NCBI RefSeq assembly: GCF_004010195.1
Contig: NC_057718.1
Span: 70,291,382 to 70,355,381 of the forward strand
Direction: 5' to 3'
Source: Chiloscyllium plagiosum
Taxonomy: Eukaryota
Length of the DNA: 64,000 bases
Below, one piece after another: positions 62,492 to 64,000 of this stretch. Position numbers and translations under genes: made by a program. Each line of letters opens with the position of its first letter. The first letter of the stretch is position 1. Below the pieces are notes generated by a model that saw only the letters and a list, made by a program, of their open reading frames with translations, was not told the origin of the DNA and made no database searches.

Positions 62492-63607
62492 AGTGGAATA
62501 AAGGCAAAACTAGCCATTAGGATACAAAACTGGCTCGAAGGTAGAAGACAAAGGATGATGATGGAGGGTTGCTTTTCAAACTGGAGGCCTGTGAATGGTG
62601 GTGCCACAAGGATTGGTGCTGGGTCCAGTACTTTTCATTATTTATACATTGATTTTGATGTGAACATAGGAGGTATAGTTAGTATGTTTGTAGATGACAC
62701 CAAAACTGGAGGTGTAGTAGACAGTGAAGAAGGTTACCTCAGAGTACAATGGGATCTTGCTCAGCTGAGCCAATGGGCTGAGGAGTGGCAGATGGAGTTT
62801 AATTTAGATAAATGTGAGGTGCTTCAGTTTGGAAAAGCAAGTCAGAGCAGGACTTAAATACTTAATGGTGAGGCCCTGGGGAGTGTTGCTGAACAAAGCG
62901 ACCTCGGAGTGCAAGTTCATAGTTCCTTGAAAGTGGAGTCACAAGTAGATTGGATAGTGAAGAAGGCGTTTGGCATGCTTTATTGAGCAAAGCACTGCAT
63001 ATCGGAGTTGGGAGGTCATGTACAGGAAACAATGTACAGGACATTGTTTCGGCCACTTTTGAAATATTGCGTGCAATTCTGGTCTCCTTCCCATCAGAAG
63101 GATGTTCTGAAATTGAAAGTTCTCAGAAAAGATTTATCAGGATGTTGCCAGGGTTGAAGGATTTGAGCTATAGGGAGAGGCTGATGGGTGGTGCTGTATT
63201 CTCTGGAGTGTCGGAGGGAACACTCCAGGGAGGCTGAGGGGTGACCTTATAGATGTTTATAAAATCATGAGGGCATGGATAGGATAAATAGACAAGGTCT
63301 TTTCCCTGGGGTGGGTGAGTCCAGAACTAGGGGGCATATGTTTAGGGTGAGCATGGAAAGATAAAGGTACCTAAGAGACAACTTTTTCACAGAGTGGTGC
63401 AAGTATGGAATGAGCTGCCAGAGGAAATGGTGGAGGCTAGTACAACACAGCGTTTAAAAGGCATCTGGAAGGGTATATGAATAGGAAGGGTTTAGACATA
63501 TGGGCCAAGTGCTGGAGAATGGGACTAGATTAGATTAGGATATCTGGTCAGCATGGATGAGTTGGACCGAAGGGTTTGTTTCTGTCTTGTACATATCTAT
63601 GACTCTA
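62492..63607 (+). mobile_element. CR1 RT/3' fragment
   Basis: NWLEGRRQR, VDDTK, WQMEFNLDKCEV and a gactcta tail. Confidence 0.9.
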
Positions 63608-64000
63608 AAGCCAACGTTAATTTTCATACAGAAAACTATGCTGAATATGAAGTTTCATGAAAGAGACATTTATGCATTCCCATGATATTGGTTGGTTGGA
63701 AAAGGATGGAGTGAAGCTATAGATTGTTAGTGTGTGAAATTTGTGACCCAGTTGCTTATGTAAAGAATGCAGATTATTGGTGTGAACATGTTCAGATCAT
63801 TTCAGGTCAAAAGGTATCTGTGAAACAAGTTATGAGAATGGTAAATATGGGCTATCACTTTTCAACAATCTTCTAATTTTAATATCTGAAATCTTCATAG
63901 ACGAAAGTGATTTTTTTGAAGAAGACAACACTGATCTAACATGACAGCTGTGATGACTTGGCCATGTTGAGACAGGCTCATGAAATCATCACTGAATAAG

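Noticed and set aside
63608..64000. Unique-looking sequence at the window end as part of a neighbouring gene
   Set aside because: No ORF, splice pattern or homology that I can recognise.

Overview
Eukaryotic, transposon-saturated genomic DNA, most likely from a shark or other elasmobranch. This is inferred from HE1-type V-SINEs, HER1/CR1-type LINEs and SacSINE1-like elements. The only host gene I can support is the 3' part of RSPH3 (radial spoke head protein 3) on the + strand: six GT-AG exons (15604-15745, 16131-16276, 21414-21617, 27454-27616, 47496-47582, 49840-49898) that splice in frame to 266 codons plus a stop, followed by two AATAAA signals. The 5' exons are not visible. Almost everything else is decayed mobile DNA: many CR1 LINEs, about 15 HE1 SINEs, a second CR1/L2-group LINE with a partner Deu-type SINE, two Gypsy remnants, a Tx1-clade L1 cluster, Penelope-like (GIY-YIG) fragments, a ~70-bp satellite and two assembly gaps. 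Highlights: (1) short Penelope-derived insertions with 10-16 bp target duplications that carry minimal hammerhead-ribozyme motifs, several of them palindromic and one intact core lying sense in an RSPH3 intron; (2) a minus-strand LTR-element remnant with an integrase GPY/F-like tail, a ~2 kb post-pol region containing a degenerate membrane-protein frame, a PPT and a 3' LTR; (3) a Tx1 locus whose missing 3' end sits upstream as tandem repeats, plus a self-templated 63-bp insertion. Most ORF-track entries are retroelement debris. Repeat boundaries were set by eye and are approximate.
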